Source: Schmidtea polychroa
Taxonomy: Eukaryota
Length of the DNA stretch: 64,000 nucleotides
Assembly (NCBI GenBank): GCA_044892525.1
Contig: CM097887.1
Coordinates: 103,146,397 to 103,210,396 of the forward strand
Direction: 5' to 3'
Shown here: one piece after another, positions 34,039-47,573 of the stretch
Layout of the letters: each line of letters begins with the position of its first letter
Position numbering within the stretch: the first letter of the stretch is position 1
Notes under the pieces: generated by a model
What the model saw: the letters and a program-made list of their open reading frames with translations, nothing else
Databases searched by the model: none
What the model was told of the DNA's origin: nothing
Made by a program: the position numbers and the translations under genes

Positions 34039-35383
34039 TTTAGATGGAATTTTTTTATATTAGGAATAAATTTCTAACTTTAAATCGCAAAACTAAGTTA
34101 TTAAATGTTTTATCTGTTTCAATAATTTAAATAAGTAATTACGTTCTTTTAATTGGTGGAAATTCTGATGATATGTACATTTGCGTAGCAAATTAAGCAG
34201 CCGAAAATTAATACATAATATTTGAATCTAGAATAATTGCGACTAATTATTCATGAGGTTTCTTATAAGTCTTTACTATTCACAACACCAGTGTGGACTT
34301 TGCAAGTACTACAAAGAAGTTTATACAAGATATAGATGTTTGTTGAATTTGTCGGTAAATAGAGATTTAATAACCAATTGTCAACTATGAACTTAATTTA
34401 ATATATCTTGGGGTAATGTAACTGAGGGCATAATAAAATTTAAATATAGAACAGATTTTAAAGCAACAGTACAGAATTGATTAAAGCATAAGAAATATAA
34501 AGTCAACAAATTTCAAATTCCATTGAAATAATTTATAAACCCAACAAAAAAATATACAATTGTAAAAAGATGTAAAGAATTGATCCTTAATCAAAACTCA
34601 TCTTTCAACGATTAAATCGTTTCACAAATTTTTTGAGTTATAACATTTTCATTTGAAATAATGCTTCGAAAACAAACGCATGTTGGGCTAGAGCTGAAAA
34701 ATTGAGTTAGTTTGCATGCGTTAGAAGTACATAGGATGAAAACCACACTGAGTCGAATCAAAATCTGTGATCATGCATCAAACAATAAAGTACACGACAT
34801 ATTGAGGATAAATAAACACGTATAATAGAAAAGAAACGCAAGAAGTTACAATCACCAACATAGTTAAGAAACAACACATTCAAAAAATTTGCCAACTCGA
34901 AAAGAATAGTAAATAAAAGAACGAGTTCATAAGATCAAAAATTAAGAATATTATTGGAGATATTTACAAAAGAACTATGAAAAAATCGCTAAAGAAATGA
35001 AAAAAAAATAGAATTATTAAATAGTCAATAAAATGTAAAGAGTGACAAATCACGAGCATGTTTACTGAAAAATATAATAATAATTTTTGAAAAAAAATTT
35101 AAGTTTAATTTAAAATAAACTATATAAATCAGGCAACATTTAAGTTGTGTACGCCGTCAAACTAAAATTTTCAGAATTTCACCAAACACCGCTGAGATAC
35201 GTTTCCTATAATATATGAAAAAAATCAATAATCTTACATCATAGAAACGTACATACTTACTTTGATTTCACGCTGATTTTCTCATTTATAGTGCAGTGAG
35301 ATACATCTTATACTATAGAAATCTAAAAAGTGAAAGAAAAATAAAAAACTGCACACAAGCAAAACATATACTAAAAACACATA

Positions 35384-36400
35384 TGTTGGGTTATTGAGTT
35401 GGTGATAAAATTATATTTCTTACTCTGACTCCAAGCGTGTTTTTCACTGATCTACAAATAACACTTGACAACAGAAATCTTTATTGGTAATCCCAAATAA
35501 CTTTCACTTTACACTGACAATCAATTCAACACTCTGCGTAGTGACTATACCAGTGTTTCATCAGACTTTTCTCGCTCGCGGCATACTAAAAAATTTAAGA
35601 AAGCTCGCGGCACACCTACCCAAAAATCAAATATTTTTACAAATTTTTTGATCTTCTAATGATAAATGAAAAGCTACTTTTTAGTCTATACTAATTAAAT
35701 ATTTTGTGTACTCTCTTTAAGAAATTTTTGTATTTTTGATCCACAGAAGCGACTTTTTCATAGTAAAAATCTTGATATAGTTTTTGTAAATTTTTTATTA
35801 CTAACATTTTTGGGAAAAATGGTCTCATGGTACACCTGGCTCAACCTCACGGCACACCGTTTTAGAAACACTGGACTATACAATGCTTATTACAACACTC
35901 AGTGAGGAATAGCACTTGTGTATAACACCGGATTAAAAGATCACTAATTACTGATTGGTTTATCAACTGGGACTTTGAGCTGGTTGTTTTCTTTGACCTT
36001 CTTCACAACTTCATTCAAATACTCAAGTAATTTCTTTTCGTTTAATTTTTTAACTAATTCTTTTCTTCAAATCTTCTCCAACAATTATTCTTCACAAATC
36101 GATTTTCCAATAACATTTCGTTCGACACTGTCTAACTTATCGTCTAAATTTTTGTTTCTATTTCGTCTCCCAAATTTGTCTGAATTTGTGTCCACCAGTT
36201 TCCCTAAATATAGTTTGTTTTATTTGTGGCACTAGAGACAGATTTTGTTTTTCATTTGCATTTTCTTCTGTATTCCCCCTACGTCAGCCTTATCTCTAAC
36301 AGATGTCGAGATATTTTTCCCGATCCCTTTTTTGTTAAGCAGTCTTCTCCCGCCAATTCCGCTATATTTGACAAGCTGTCAAAAAAATATTATAATACTA
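35384..36400 (-). mobile_element. Truncated copy of the ~1-kb LTR family (cf. 12740, 44279), interrupted by a Buster MITE
   Basis: tgttgggtt..ctctgactcc..cgtgtt..caaataac..caacagaa..tttatt start matches 44279 and 12740; right boundary uncertain. Confidence 0.55.
35551..35873. mobile_element. Buster-type hAT MITE (323 bp)
   Basis: TIRs CAGTGTTTC at both ends; perfect 8-bp TSD gactatac (35543-35550, 35874-35881). Confidence 0.92.
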
Positions 36401-36429
36401 AACTACAAAATGGATATATAATGAAATGA

Positions 36430-36625
36430 AAAAGAAAATGTAATGAGGAGTAGTTCTAGTAGTACAGCTCACCTGATTATTGAGTTTCAGCCACCGTGTA
36501 CATTACTAATATGGTTGTTGCCATGGGTACGCAGATGGTAAAAAGTAAAATAATCATAAAAGCGTTTTGGAAAGAGTCGATGCCAAATCTATAAGCAACC
36601 CTAGAACATTTAAATGACACATCCC
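36430..36625. repeat. Dispersed repeat family A, copy 5 (reverse orientation)
   Basis: Reverse complement reads gactctttccaaaacgcttttatgattattttactttttaccatctgcgtacccatggc..gtacacggtggctgaa, matching copies 1 and 2. Confidence 0.8.
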
Positions 36626-36629
36626 CTAA

Positions 36630-37006
36630 ACGCCAACACAGGTTTAAACTGAAAGAAACTAGCTAACAAATCTTTGGCATCAAGACACGAAAATACGTTA
36701 CCTGAGTACAAAACCAGTAAAGAACGTATCACAATTATAGTGAGATCAGATGCAACAGGCAGTCATAGACTCCCACTGTTTGTCATTGGAAAATCAAAGC
36801 AACCCAAAAGCTTTAAAAATATCAGAAATCTTCCGGCTGAATATGATCATCTAAAAAGGCTTCTACTGTATATGTATATCTAGGCAAAAATAAAATTTCA
36901 TATTATATATGTATGTCTTTTATTGTTAATTATGGGCTTTTCGATTATCCGGATTATTTCTTATCCGAACTATCCCTAATTGGTCCAGATAATCGAGTTT
37001 CTACTA
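36630..37006 (+). mobile_element. Tigger/pogo (CENP-B/Jerky-like DDE_1) transposon 3' remnant with terminal repeat
   Basis: TGLN*KKLANKSLASRHE..KTSKERITIIVRSDATGSHRLPLFVIGKSKQPKSFKN is the DDE_1 signature; ends with ttatccgga..gataatcgagtttctacta, resembling Tigger-type CAGTAGAA.CTCGATTATCC TIRs. Confidence 0.85.
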
Positions 37007-37141
37007 CTAACATTGTTGAATGCAAAAATCATATTAATGTCAATTTTATTATATTATTATCAATCAAACATTTGTTGTTTAAATATTGTCAATTAAACAT
37101 AATTATTTAAAAATTCACATTTATAAATTTTAACTATTTCA

Positions 37142-38563
37142 ATGATGAATAATATTTCAGAGAAACCAAAACTAAAAAAGAAATATCAAGATAATCTGAA
37201 TATTTGCAATGAGTTCAAAGGTCTACCTAGTTTAATGAATAATATCAAAACTTGTGAAAGAAGCCAAATTGAAATAAATCAGAATGAAGGAGCCCAATCT
37301 AAATCTTCATTAAATATTGTAAAAAGTGAGCCAAGTAAAAAGAAAAAATTCAAAAATGTTGAAATTATTAAATCTGAAACTGAGCTTACTGAACAAGATA
37401 CTACATCTAATTTAACCAACTTCGAAAAGTCTAAAAAAAATAAATTAAAGTCTAACGATGAAAGTGTCGAGCCATTGGCAAAAAAATCAAAAAACGATGA
37501 AAAGCACACTGTTCCCAAAACTTATACTCTCATTGAAAACATCGATTCTTCACTTACATCAAATGATTTAAAGAATCATTTACTTGAAAATGGAATTTCT
37601 TTTGACAAAGTCTTAGTCATGTCAGGTTCTGTTGCAATTGTCAATTTTGAAAGACAAAAGGAAATGGAAAAACTTTTTAACGTCTGTCAAGGTGTTCAAT
37701 ATAAAAGCAATGAATTATTTATTTTCAAACTCTTAAATGAAAATAAACCCGAACTAAAATCAATATCGAATATGTGCGAGAATTCGATTCACGTGAAAAA
37801 TCTTGATGTCACAGTTAGTGAAGATGACATTACGGCAGTGTTAGGCGATTTACCTATCAAGTCTATCACAATGAACACTGAAAAGAAAACCGTTGTTATT
37901 GAATTCAATGACAATCAATCAGCGAGAATTGGTGTAGATTTACTGGATCAAAAATTACTCGGAGATAAAAAGGTCCAAGCGTCTTTTCTCGTCAAATCTC
38001 AACGGCCTGACGTGTTCACTCTGAAATTGTCCAATCTCCCAAAAGACGTCACCAAACACCAAGTGCAAATCGCATTTCCATCAGCGGCAAAAGTCAAATT
38101 CCAACAAAAATCTCCTGAGCAATGTTTGATCCATTTTAAAAACGGTGAAGATTTCAATGCCGTTCTCAGCAGCGAAACTGAATTCCTAATCGGTGACCAA
38201 AAGATCACAGTGGAACAATACGTGTGTAACAAAACGAAAAAACAACCGGAACAACCGATGAAACAATTCGTATTGAACATTTTCAATTTGCCATTCGATA
38301 CGACAGTCAATGAGTTGAGAGGGAGTTATCCAGGTGTCAGATACGTGGAGATGCTCAAGAACGCCGAAGGGAATTTCACGGGATCGGCGAAGCTCATGTA
38401 CGATGATAAGGCTTGCTGTGAAGAGGCATTGAAGAGTTCGAAAGGAAAAACCTTTAAGCACAGGCGAGTTAGAGCGGAAATGAAAATTGTGGAAAATTTC
38501 ACGAAGCATTATGACAATAAGCAGTCAGAGGCTTCGAAAAAAACAGAAAATGTCGATGAATAA
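37142..38563 (+). CDS. Nucleolin-like RNA-binding protein, 473 aa: Lys-rich N-terminus and four divergent RRMs, single exon
   Basis: Four RNP-2-like starts (LIENID, IHVKNLD, LKLSNLP, LNIFNLPF) with RRM spacing and RNP-1-like segments (e.g. FTGSAKLMY); AATAAA right after the stop. Confidence 0.85.
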   Translation: MMNNISEKPKLKKKYQDNLNICNEFKGLPSLMNNIKTCERSQIEINQNEGAQSKSSLNIVKSEPSKKKKFKNVEIIKSETELTEQDTTSNLTNFEKSKKNKLKSNDESVEPLAKKSKNDEKHTVPKTYTLIENIDSSLTSNDLKNHLLENGISFDKVLVMSGSVAIVNFERQKEMEKLFNVCQGVQYKSNELFIFKLLNENKPELKSISNMCENSIHVKNLDVTVSEDDITAVLGDLPIKSITMNTEKKTVVIEFNDNQSARIGVDLLDQKLLGDKKVQASFLVKSQRPDVFTLKLSNLPKDVTKHQVQIAFPSAAKVKFQQKSPEQCLIHFKNGEDFNAVLSSETEFLIGDQKITVEQYVCNKTKKQPEQPMKQFVLNIFNLPFDTTVNELRGSYPGVRYVEMLKNAEGNFTGSAKLMYDDKACCEEALKSSKGKTFKHRRVRAEMKIVENFTKHYDNKQSEASKKTENVDE

Positions 38564-41499
38564 TAAATATTTTGTTTTTGATCTTTGAAATTTTTTATAT
38601 TAGACCAATCAATAAATGACTTTTCCCGTGTTTTTTTTGTATCAAAATTTTCTTTCTAATGTCTATCCCGAATTTGAAGGAAATAATTTCAGATTTATTT
38701 ACCTTTTAATTATGTCTTTATTATATTAAGACACTAAAATATTACATTACAATGCAGACAGGGATTGTAAAGAGAAGGAAATGCGCTAGACCTCAATGAT
38801 AATAAATTGCTGCTTACTTTGTTAAATGGATAGGAGAAAAGAAAATTAGAAGACTCTGAAAACCTCTAAAAACACGTATCTGAAGTCAGAATTAATATTA
38901 ACCCTACGTGGCGCCTGAAGCGCAGGACATACCACGTGTTTGCATAAAATAAAAGCATCTATAATATAAAAAAAGTCAATACTCTTATATTATTGAAACA
39001 TACAAACTTACACGTGTGCTGAATTTTAAATTTACATGAAATAAAAGTATTTACTATAAAGTCAGAAAGTGGTCGACAAAATAAATTTAACACACAAACA
39101 CGAAATATTATAGTAGAAATACATATAAACTTTTGATATGTATAAATATTACATGGAATGAAACCATTTTAAAAATTTTTTATATACAATTTATTAAAAT
39201 AAAACATGGCGTATATAATTTTTTAACAAAATTCAGAGAAATATACTTTGGGTTGTAGAGAAAATAACGAAATAACTTTATTTATAAAATTATAAATTTA
39301 ATATTTCTATAGAATTTCAGATATTTCTGATAAAATGGTGCTTTTTTGCGAAAATGAACAGTTGACAACGTAAGATTTATTCTTGAAATTAACAATAATT
39401 TTAAGTTTATGCAGAATTTAAAATATTTCTCTTCAAACTTTTTTTGCGAAGGTGAAGAGATGAAAACCATTTTAAATTTCTACGTTAGAAAAAAGAGGTT
39501 AATTCGGGGTTGGTCTTACCACTTTCAATTTTTGTTATGAAGTAGAAAATCGTAAGCTTTGTTATTAAAAAAATAATATTTTAATTGAATTTCAGAGCGT
39601 GACAAAATCCGAATATTGTATTGCACGAGTATGCTATACCATACGCCCTAGAATTCAGTTGTAAGGCATTGAGTAATAAACCGAAAGGTTATGTTAGTCA
39701 TTATACTCACAGACGCCACGCGGGTATTGAAGGGGTCAAAAATAATGAATTTTTATTAAACAATCAAATTAATAACGAAATTCTTGTCTCCAGATTCATA
39801 CAAAAAAAGCCATTACAAATTAATCAAGAGTGAGGGCAATAATGAAACGAATAAATAAAAAATTATTGAAAAGTGAAAATGCGAATAACTCAACTAAATA
39901 AAAAGCGTTTGAAAGAACATTATCCTTTTAGTAAGAACCACCTTACTATCTGTCCATGTTGGCACGTATAGCCTTAGTTCAGCGTGATCTTCTACCCGAC
40001 TCCTAAAGAAACTATTTTCCGTAAAGAAACGTCATAATAACACCTACAAAACGACAGAAACTAATGACTATTTTTTCCCAGAAAAATGGAGACGATGAAA
40101 AGATTACAGATTCAGATGAAAATTTATAAATTCTTATTTAAAGTTCTTATAAAAATTATTGAAAGTTGGTATATTCTATGCATAACGATATGATCAACTT
40201 TTAGTTTTATTACACAACAATAATTTTTTTGAATTTTTGTATTAAAAAAGAGAAATTATTTCTTTAACAAAGTTAGAATAGAATAGATTTTTTTTTATTT
40301 ATAAGTAATGTTGAAAATGGCTTTTATTATCATAAACATTATTCTTGGGCACCGATTTTGTATGGATTCTTAGTCTCTAATTATGTGGTTTTGAATTGTG
40401 TGCCATTTTGGTGGTCCCAAACTATCGCATAAATCAAGGGATACCTTGGTTTTCAAAAAAATTTAAATTATATCCATTTTACATACAAAATAATCTAAAT
40501 ATTTTACAGTCAATTTAAAATTTTATTAAAACAAAATTATTTAACTTAATAATATAACCTTTCAATAGGTTTGAAAATAACAAAACAATCCAAATATCCT
40601 CTATTTCACATCCAAATTATTTAAAAACATTCAAAACACACTTGTTCACAGCATTTTGCAGATTAATTTTTAAAAATTTATAAAAAATTTATAGATTGTA
40701 AAAAATTAAAATTATTTTGTGTGCAAATTAAATTTCATTTATAAAGAATTTTTAATATATTTTTGAAAATAGTTTAATTTGAAAAATAATTTTCTATTTA
40801 TAAATATATTTAATTATGGTGATTTTATAATTTTAATTTAGATTAATAAATATAATTATATGCTATAATCTTTATTTATCGATATTTTGGAATTTTTTTA
40901 TAAATTTCGATGTACAAAAATAACTTATAAAACATAATTAAATAGCTTATTATTTAATAATTCACTATTACAATATATTATACAATATAAATATCGACAT
41001 ATTTTTCAATTTTTAGACTAAATTTATTATTAATTTTCATTTAATTATTCACAAAATTTTTCACAAATGCTTTTTAATTAAAAACAATTTAAAATTAAAA
41101 TAAATAAAGATTAATTAAATAATTATTAACTAATAACTAATATAATTATTGAAATAAATAATAACGATAAGCATTATTTTTCAAATAAATACAAATTATT
41201 CATTTTAATGAACGAATAAAATTATAGAATATTTAATATTTTTATTAAAAAACTCAAATTATAGTTTTTAAAAATAATATGAGATATATTGAAATAATAA
41301 AAAAATAAAGAAAACATAATTACCATTTAAAGATAACTTAAATTCATTTTTATTTCTCTTAATAAGTATGCAATGCTCCAATAATCACTGAGCTTATTGC
41401 GAGCAAGTCTCTAGAGAAAGAGCACTCTTCTAAAATATCCGGAAAAGTCTACAGAAATTTCCGCCTATAGTTTTGGAATTAATTGAGCATTTTGTAATA

Positions 41500-41700
41500 A
41501 GCGATGATTCAATTCGTTTTCATTAATTCTAGGGGTCGTTTTTTATCTAGTAACGGAAGTACGTTTTGATCAGAGAAGTGTTTAGTATGAACAAAGAAAA
41601 TTTTGCGAGAACAGGACAGAGGAATTGACATTAAAGAAGCCCATAGAATATCGTTGCCCATTTACTCTTAAGTGGTGTAAAATTTCTCTACTCTCTCGAT
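41500..41700 (+). mobile_element. Possible highly decayed retroelement integrase core fragment
   Basis: Manual translation GRFLSSNGSTF*SEKC..GID resembles the integrase SDNG..F.S..F..GI motif; several stops. Confidence 0.3.
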
Positions 41701-43700
41701 TTCTTAAAGCTAGTCGGGATGTCGGGAGAATTTGCAACAGATTGTGAAACCTTTCTCTCTCTATATCTCAATTTGAGCAACTATAAAAAAACAAAAAATT
41801 GTTTAAATTAATCAAATTAATTAAAAAATAATCAAAATGAACCACAGAAAGGAAGAAGAATAATTGAAACTTCGTTAGTAGGTCGTGGAGGAACTAATGT
41901 AAAAAATAATTAGAATATTATTGATTCTATAAAAGATCTTTGAATTAAATTAAGAATTAATTTGCATTCGCTAGGCTAATTCGAAAGATTTCTAATTGTT
42001 TAGTTTTTTGTTCGTCTTTCATTTTGCTTTATCACTAATTTTTCCTGATTAAAATTGACCAATTAGTTCGACTTTCAGTTTCGCTTATTATAGGATTTGC
42101 ATTTTGCTATTTTATTTCTTTATGAGAAAATCCGAGTAGTGAATTTATAATTATAAAATTATTATTAATAATAATTTTAATATAATAATTATTAAATGTG
42201 CAATTTTGAGTCTAGATTTTTTGTTACAATGATTTGACTGATTTATTTAAACAAATCAGACATATAAATTCAATTTATGTGCATTTCTGTTGTTACGGGT
42301 TGACAAGAGTTAATAAATCTGTTGCTTTTTTTCAAACTATAATTCTAATGAAAATTGATTTAACAATTAAGTAAGAACTTCATTAATGATTTGAGGTGTT
42401 TTATTGAATTAAATTCTACTTTAAACTGGATAAAATTCAAATTAATGTTTAAAAGTAATAAAATTAAGTTTATTGATTAAATATTTACAAGTTGAGTTGG
42501 ATTTACTTTTAATAAATTTTGAATTAAAAATTAATTTGCATTTTATTGTTTTTTCATTGTTTTAATTAATTGAAATAAATATTTGTTTTTTTCAAATAAA
42601 TACAAAATTTCAATCGTTTTTATTATTATTCAAATTATTAGGATTTGTAATTGAATTTTTCAACAGTATTTTCTTCTATAATTCTTTTATGATATTTAAC
42701 TGTTGTTTTAATCGTCTTTTTCAATAGATTTTTTATGACACCTTAATTATCAGGTTAATCTTATTTAATGTAAGTTATCATATTGCGGGTTAATTTAGGA
42801 AAATTACCAAAAATCTTTCGATATGATTGTAAGAGAAAATGATTATTGCTAATCACTACGTATAAAAAGGAAAACGAACTTGACTAAATTTACTTTGTTG
42901 TTGAAGAAAAATTTTGACAACGACCTTTGGAAGTAAAAAAAAAATTATCTAATGTATTAGTAATGATTCACAAATGATTAATTATTAAAGATTGTTTGAA
43001 ATGGTTTTCCTTAGGTCTCCTGAATCCTAGATTAAACTATTGTTCATTGAGTTATAATAATAAAAATAAAACCTTACACTGTAAAATCTTGTTATTTTAG
43101 TACTAGAACACGTAGAGTCAGATTATAAGTATTTCCCTACAGTACCTGTCTATTAATCCAACTGAAGATTTGAATTTTTTGGTGCCTCAAAAGGTTATTT
43201 GTAATGTAACGCTATAACGTAATAACGAAAAAAATATTGTTATTTATAGAAATTTCGTTACATAACGTTATAAAAATTATGTTTTGCTACAATAATAAAA
43301 AATTGATATTTTGCAATGTGTCCAGAACTTACCGTTTTTGAACGAGATTGAAATAAAATGGAAAATGTGATAGCAGCACTAAAGCATCCACACAAATCAA
43401 CTATCTCTGTATTCAATCAAAATAAATAACCTCAAGTGAAGCCTATTTGGTTAAAATGCAGATTGAAGCTGCCTACCTCTCAAAATATTTTTTTATAAAT
43501 TTTTAGCTGCTGAAATGGGAAACAGAGAAAAATTCTTATTATCCGATAGTGCACCTATCATGGCCGCTATGTATGTGTTTAAATATTACCGCTAAAGATT
43601 TACGTAAGAATTATTTAGCAAAATTATATAATTTTGTATTCAAGGAATTGGAAAATAAAAATTACAATAATAATGGTTTGACACAATCGATGGAAATAAA

Positions 43701-43753
43701 AACGCAAGTATCAACGCAAGTATCAACGCAAGTATCAACACAAGTATCAACGC
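43701..43753. repeat. 12-bp tandem repeat (AACGCAAGTATC) x~4.4
   Basis: Directly visible; reads TQVS repeats in ORF 43549-43806. Confidence 0.9.
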
Positions 43754-43949
43754 CAGATGATGATTTATTAAATTTTTATATGAAATCTAAATTATTTATG
43801 TCATAAAAACAAAAATGAAAACAATTTTCTCTAGATTCACCGATAAACAGTTTTGATAAAAATTTGATAAAAAAAAAATTTGGATAAATTTCGGCGATTC
43901 TTATAGATTGAACAAAAAAAATATTATGCCAAATTTCCGTTAATATTAA

Positions 43950-44273
43950 TGGGGCCTGTTTATTATTAACTAAAGAAAAAATATCGGGCTCAATGTTGGT
44001 AATTTTAAGGCGAAGATCCAATTCAATGTCCAGCAAAGCTCTATACTTGGTTTTCATCGCAGTCATTGCAGAAAATCCTGTTTCACATAAATATGTGGTC
44101 GCAAATGGCATTAAAAACTTTAGAAAATTAGAAATTGTAAAATATTAAAATGTATGGGATATTGTAGTCATGTTTTTTTTGCAAAACAGATTTTTAATAG
44201 ATTTTTGTTTTATATATAGTAAAGTAATTCGCGTACCGGTACGGGTACGCGTACCCAAGGTTGGGAATCCCTG
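43950..44273 (-). mobile_element. Buster-type hAT remnant: transposase C-terminus plus one terminal inverted repeat
   Basis: PFATTYLCETGFSAMTAMKTKYR..LDIELDLRL at 44111 downward; TIR CAGGGATTCCCAACCT ends at 44273 followed by ctgTAtgt; the other end was not found. Confidence 0.8.
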
Positions 44274-44278
44274 CTGTA

Positions 44279-45051
44279 TGTTGAGTTTTTATTTGAAGTG
44301 GGTTCTCTCTCTGACTCCTCGTGTTCTTATTCAGCCAAATAACTCAAACCCAACACAGAATAATTTTTATTTAATCTTTATCACACTTACACTTAGTCAC
44401 TATTTGCACCTTTCTCTCTCTGATAATTTCCACTCGATAAGGTAGAAAAACTCAAGGGGCTATCACTTTTTCTTGTACGAGTTTTAACTTGTTTGAATTA
44501 TTATATTTCTCCTTCAAATTATTGATCGCCGGATTGTGCTTCTCTGCTTTCTTTTTCTCTCTTCGACAAAATGGCGGTTTGTTCACTTCTGAACTCTCTT
44601 TTTTTATTGTTTATGAGAGGCCAATTATCTAGAAATTATTTCCACTGGACCCAAAATCAATATGTGAGGGTTTTTAGATTACTTTAATTTGTTTACTCTT
44701 GATTAGGGCTCAAAATATTCCCTCTTTTATCTTGTTGCTCGGGTCTCACTGCGAATCGTGTTTCCCATGGGCTCGGGCTTCCCATTGGCTCGGGCTTTCC
44801 ATTACCGATTAATTAATTTTAATTAATTTGTTTTTTTTGCATTAACTTTCCTTGTGAACATCTTATTAAATTTTCCTTATAATTTCTATAAATTTCTATA
44901 AAAATTTCTATAAATTTGGCGTTCAACCATACCCGATATTGATTTTTGATTTTAGTAAATTTTAATTAATTTTGCACTTTTATTACTTTTACCCATTTTT
45001 GTTATGCTTTCCTTTTATATATGAATTTTTGGTTTTTCGCTAACCCCAACA
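44279..45051 (-). mobile_element. Solo/partial LTR of the same family as 12740-13793
   Basis: Starts TGTTGAG with ctctgactcctcgtg block, has the gctcgggc..cccatt tandem units at ~44740-44810, candidate end CCCCAACA; no matching TSD seen. Confidence 0.65.
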
Positions 45052-47355
45052 TATCTTTCATTTAATTAAGATTCGTCCTCGAATCAATTCATTTATTAAT
45101 TATTTATTTACAATGTTAGAGTACTCNNNNNNNNNNNNNNNNNNNNNNNNNNNNNNNNNNNNNNNNNNNNNNNNNNNNNNNNNNNNNNNNNNNNNNNNNN
45201 NNNNNNNNNNNNNNNNNNNNNNNNNNNNNNNNNNNNNNNNNNNNNNNNNNNNNNNNNNNNNNNNNNNNNNNNNNNNNNNNNNNNNNNNNNNNNNNNNNNN
45301 NNNNNNNNNNNNNNNNNNNNNNNNNNNNNCTAAATATGCTAATAATAATATTCTTTACTCAAATATCCTCAATAAATAATGTCTATACAATAAATGATAA
45401 AATGTATTAAGTTTAGAGTGTTTGTTTTAATGAAATAATTTTTGTTTAATTATTTTTTTTTGCTATTTTATAGGAAATCGAAATTGTGACAATTTGTCAC
45501 TTACTTTAATTTGTTTATGGTAAACAAAATTTTATATAAAAAATCTTCTATAAGTAAAAATAAGGCTTTTATTTAAAAGTTTATTGTTATGATAAATTTT
45601 CAAAATAAATAATATTACGTCAAAAATTCGAATTGAAAATTTATTTGCAAAATGTGTTTACATTCCGGATATAAAACAAGCGTGATCTAATTATTTTGAT
45701 CAAAACATAATTGTTTCAAGGATTTTCTTTACAGTATTTACCTTTAGATAATTACTTACATTTTGATAAAAACTACCAAAACTAATTAAAGTATGTACCA
45801 AAAGTCTTTAGTTGTTCTTTAGTTGTACATCCAATAATAAATTTAACAATTTTTATTCTTTTTTATTACACCGGGTTATCGAAAGTATTTGTATAATTTG
45901 GACCCAATAGAAAGTCTTTCAATCAAAAAATTGTTTCAAAATTTACAATAACAACGAACACAATTAAAGATTCATTCAGTTCAATAAGGAGAGTAAAGCA
46001 TGGCTTCATTCGGGTAGTTATGACTAAAATTTATCTTTTTCAATCACTATTTTGAAACCTCATCCACCAAAAGGAGATTTTGCTGAGAGTAGACTAAGAA
46101 TTGTTTCCTGAACATCAAGCCAACAGGAGGAAATTATTAATAATTAATTTTTTTAACTAATTATTCTTATTTCTTATTCTCTTATATAATAATTAAGGGC
46201 CCTTGAAACTCAATATTACAGTTTATTCAATAACAATAATTAACAATTTAATGCAATGTTGTACTTAATTATGTTTGACTTATTTGTTTCTAAATTTCAT
46301 TGAATATTTTGCAGTAAAAGTATAAATTTCAGAAGGGGTGCGCAAATAGTGTCGAGTACCTGGATGCAGAAATATAATTGGTGTCATTATATTATTCCCA
46401 AAATTAAAAAAATTGCTTAACAAACATATAATTGAGTACAAATGAAATACGAAATATTAATTATAAGTATATTGAACAAAAACTAGGAATCTATGAAAAG
46501 CAATAAACATACAAGAGTACAAAAAGAAAAAAACATCGAAAATATTTTGAAAGAAAACAAAGTAATTTTTGTTATTTGTCAAGAAAAAACTGAAACTTGT
46601 TAAACAGATTGGTTAGAATTAGGATCAGAATAAAATATAATTTTAAACAATAATAATAAGTAAGTGATTGTTTCGGCCGATCTTTGTGTGCACATCGAGT
46701 TGTGAGTTTTGACTGGTGGTGACATTTTAGTGTGTCTTGGTAATTGGGTGTGTGCGCTGGATGAACAACTGTTGTGTATCTGATTGTGTAACTGTGTTAT
46801 CTGATTGGATGTCTCTTTCTGGATAATTTTTGTTGTTTATCAATCGAATTAAGAATCAGATTTTGAATAATTTCTTTTGAAATTTAAATCTTGGTTATCT
46901 GTGTGATTCTTTTAAAATTTTGGCACTGGATTTATTGAAATATAATTTTGTGATTTTCGGAATTTCTTTTGGAACTTTAAATGACAGAAACTTTAGTTAA
47001 TATAGAGAAGATCAAATCGATGAATTGGGATATGAAAGTTTCTTTTAGTGAAAAAAAATATCAATCGGAATTCTCTGAAAACGAAAATGAGAAGTAATCA
47101 ACGACAGGGTTTTCGTCGTTAATTAATTAATTAAATATTAACCAGAACAATAAACAAACAAAATCAAAAATTAGAACTTACATATTGTAAAGAATTGTAC
47201 AAAAAATATTGAATTAATGAAGTTTTTATGCAGTTTGGTTAGGTACTTATTTAACGCACAACATTGCAGATGTATGCATTTACTGAAATTTATTGTTTTC
47301 GGTAATATATATAATAAATTGAAATGTTTTCATGGTATTGTTGGATTTTACTGAA

Positions 47356-47573
47356 CCCTCTCGTTGCGCAGTTAGAAAAAGAGCGAGCTCTACCTTTATG
47401 CAACTTTAGGAAAGCTGTAAAACGTACATGTACAAAAGTAGCACACTAGACTAATTTTGTGGCAAGAGCAAACGACAGTAGCATATTACAAAATTTCAAA
47501 GCATATTTAAGGGAGTAGCACATTACATATATTCCTTGGAAAACGTATATTTACGGATGTAGCAGCGAAAGGG
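47356..47573. mobile_element. piggyBac-like MITE (218 bp)
   Basis: Right end GCAGCGAAAGGG|TTAA; left end tgaa|CCCTCTCGTTGC (degenerate); same TIR as 62463-62702. Confidence 0.7.

Noticed and set aside
38909-38928. TGGCGCCTGAAGCGCAGGAC resembling a tRNA-Lys primer-binding site
   Set aside because: Imperfect match, not preceded by an LTR CA end and no gag downstream.
39621-39833. 70-aa ORF after a possible splice acceptor
   Set aside because: No homology recognised and no adjoining exons identified.
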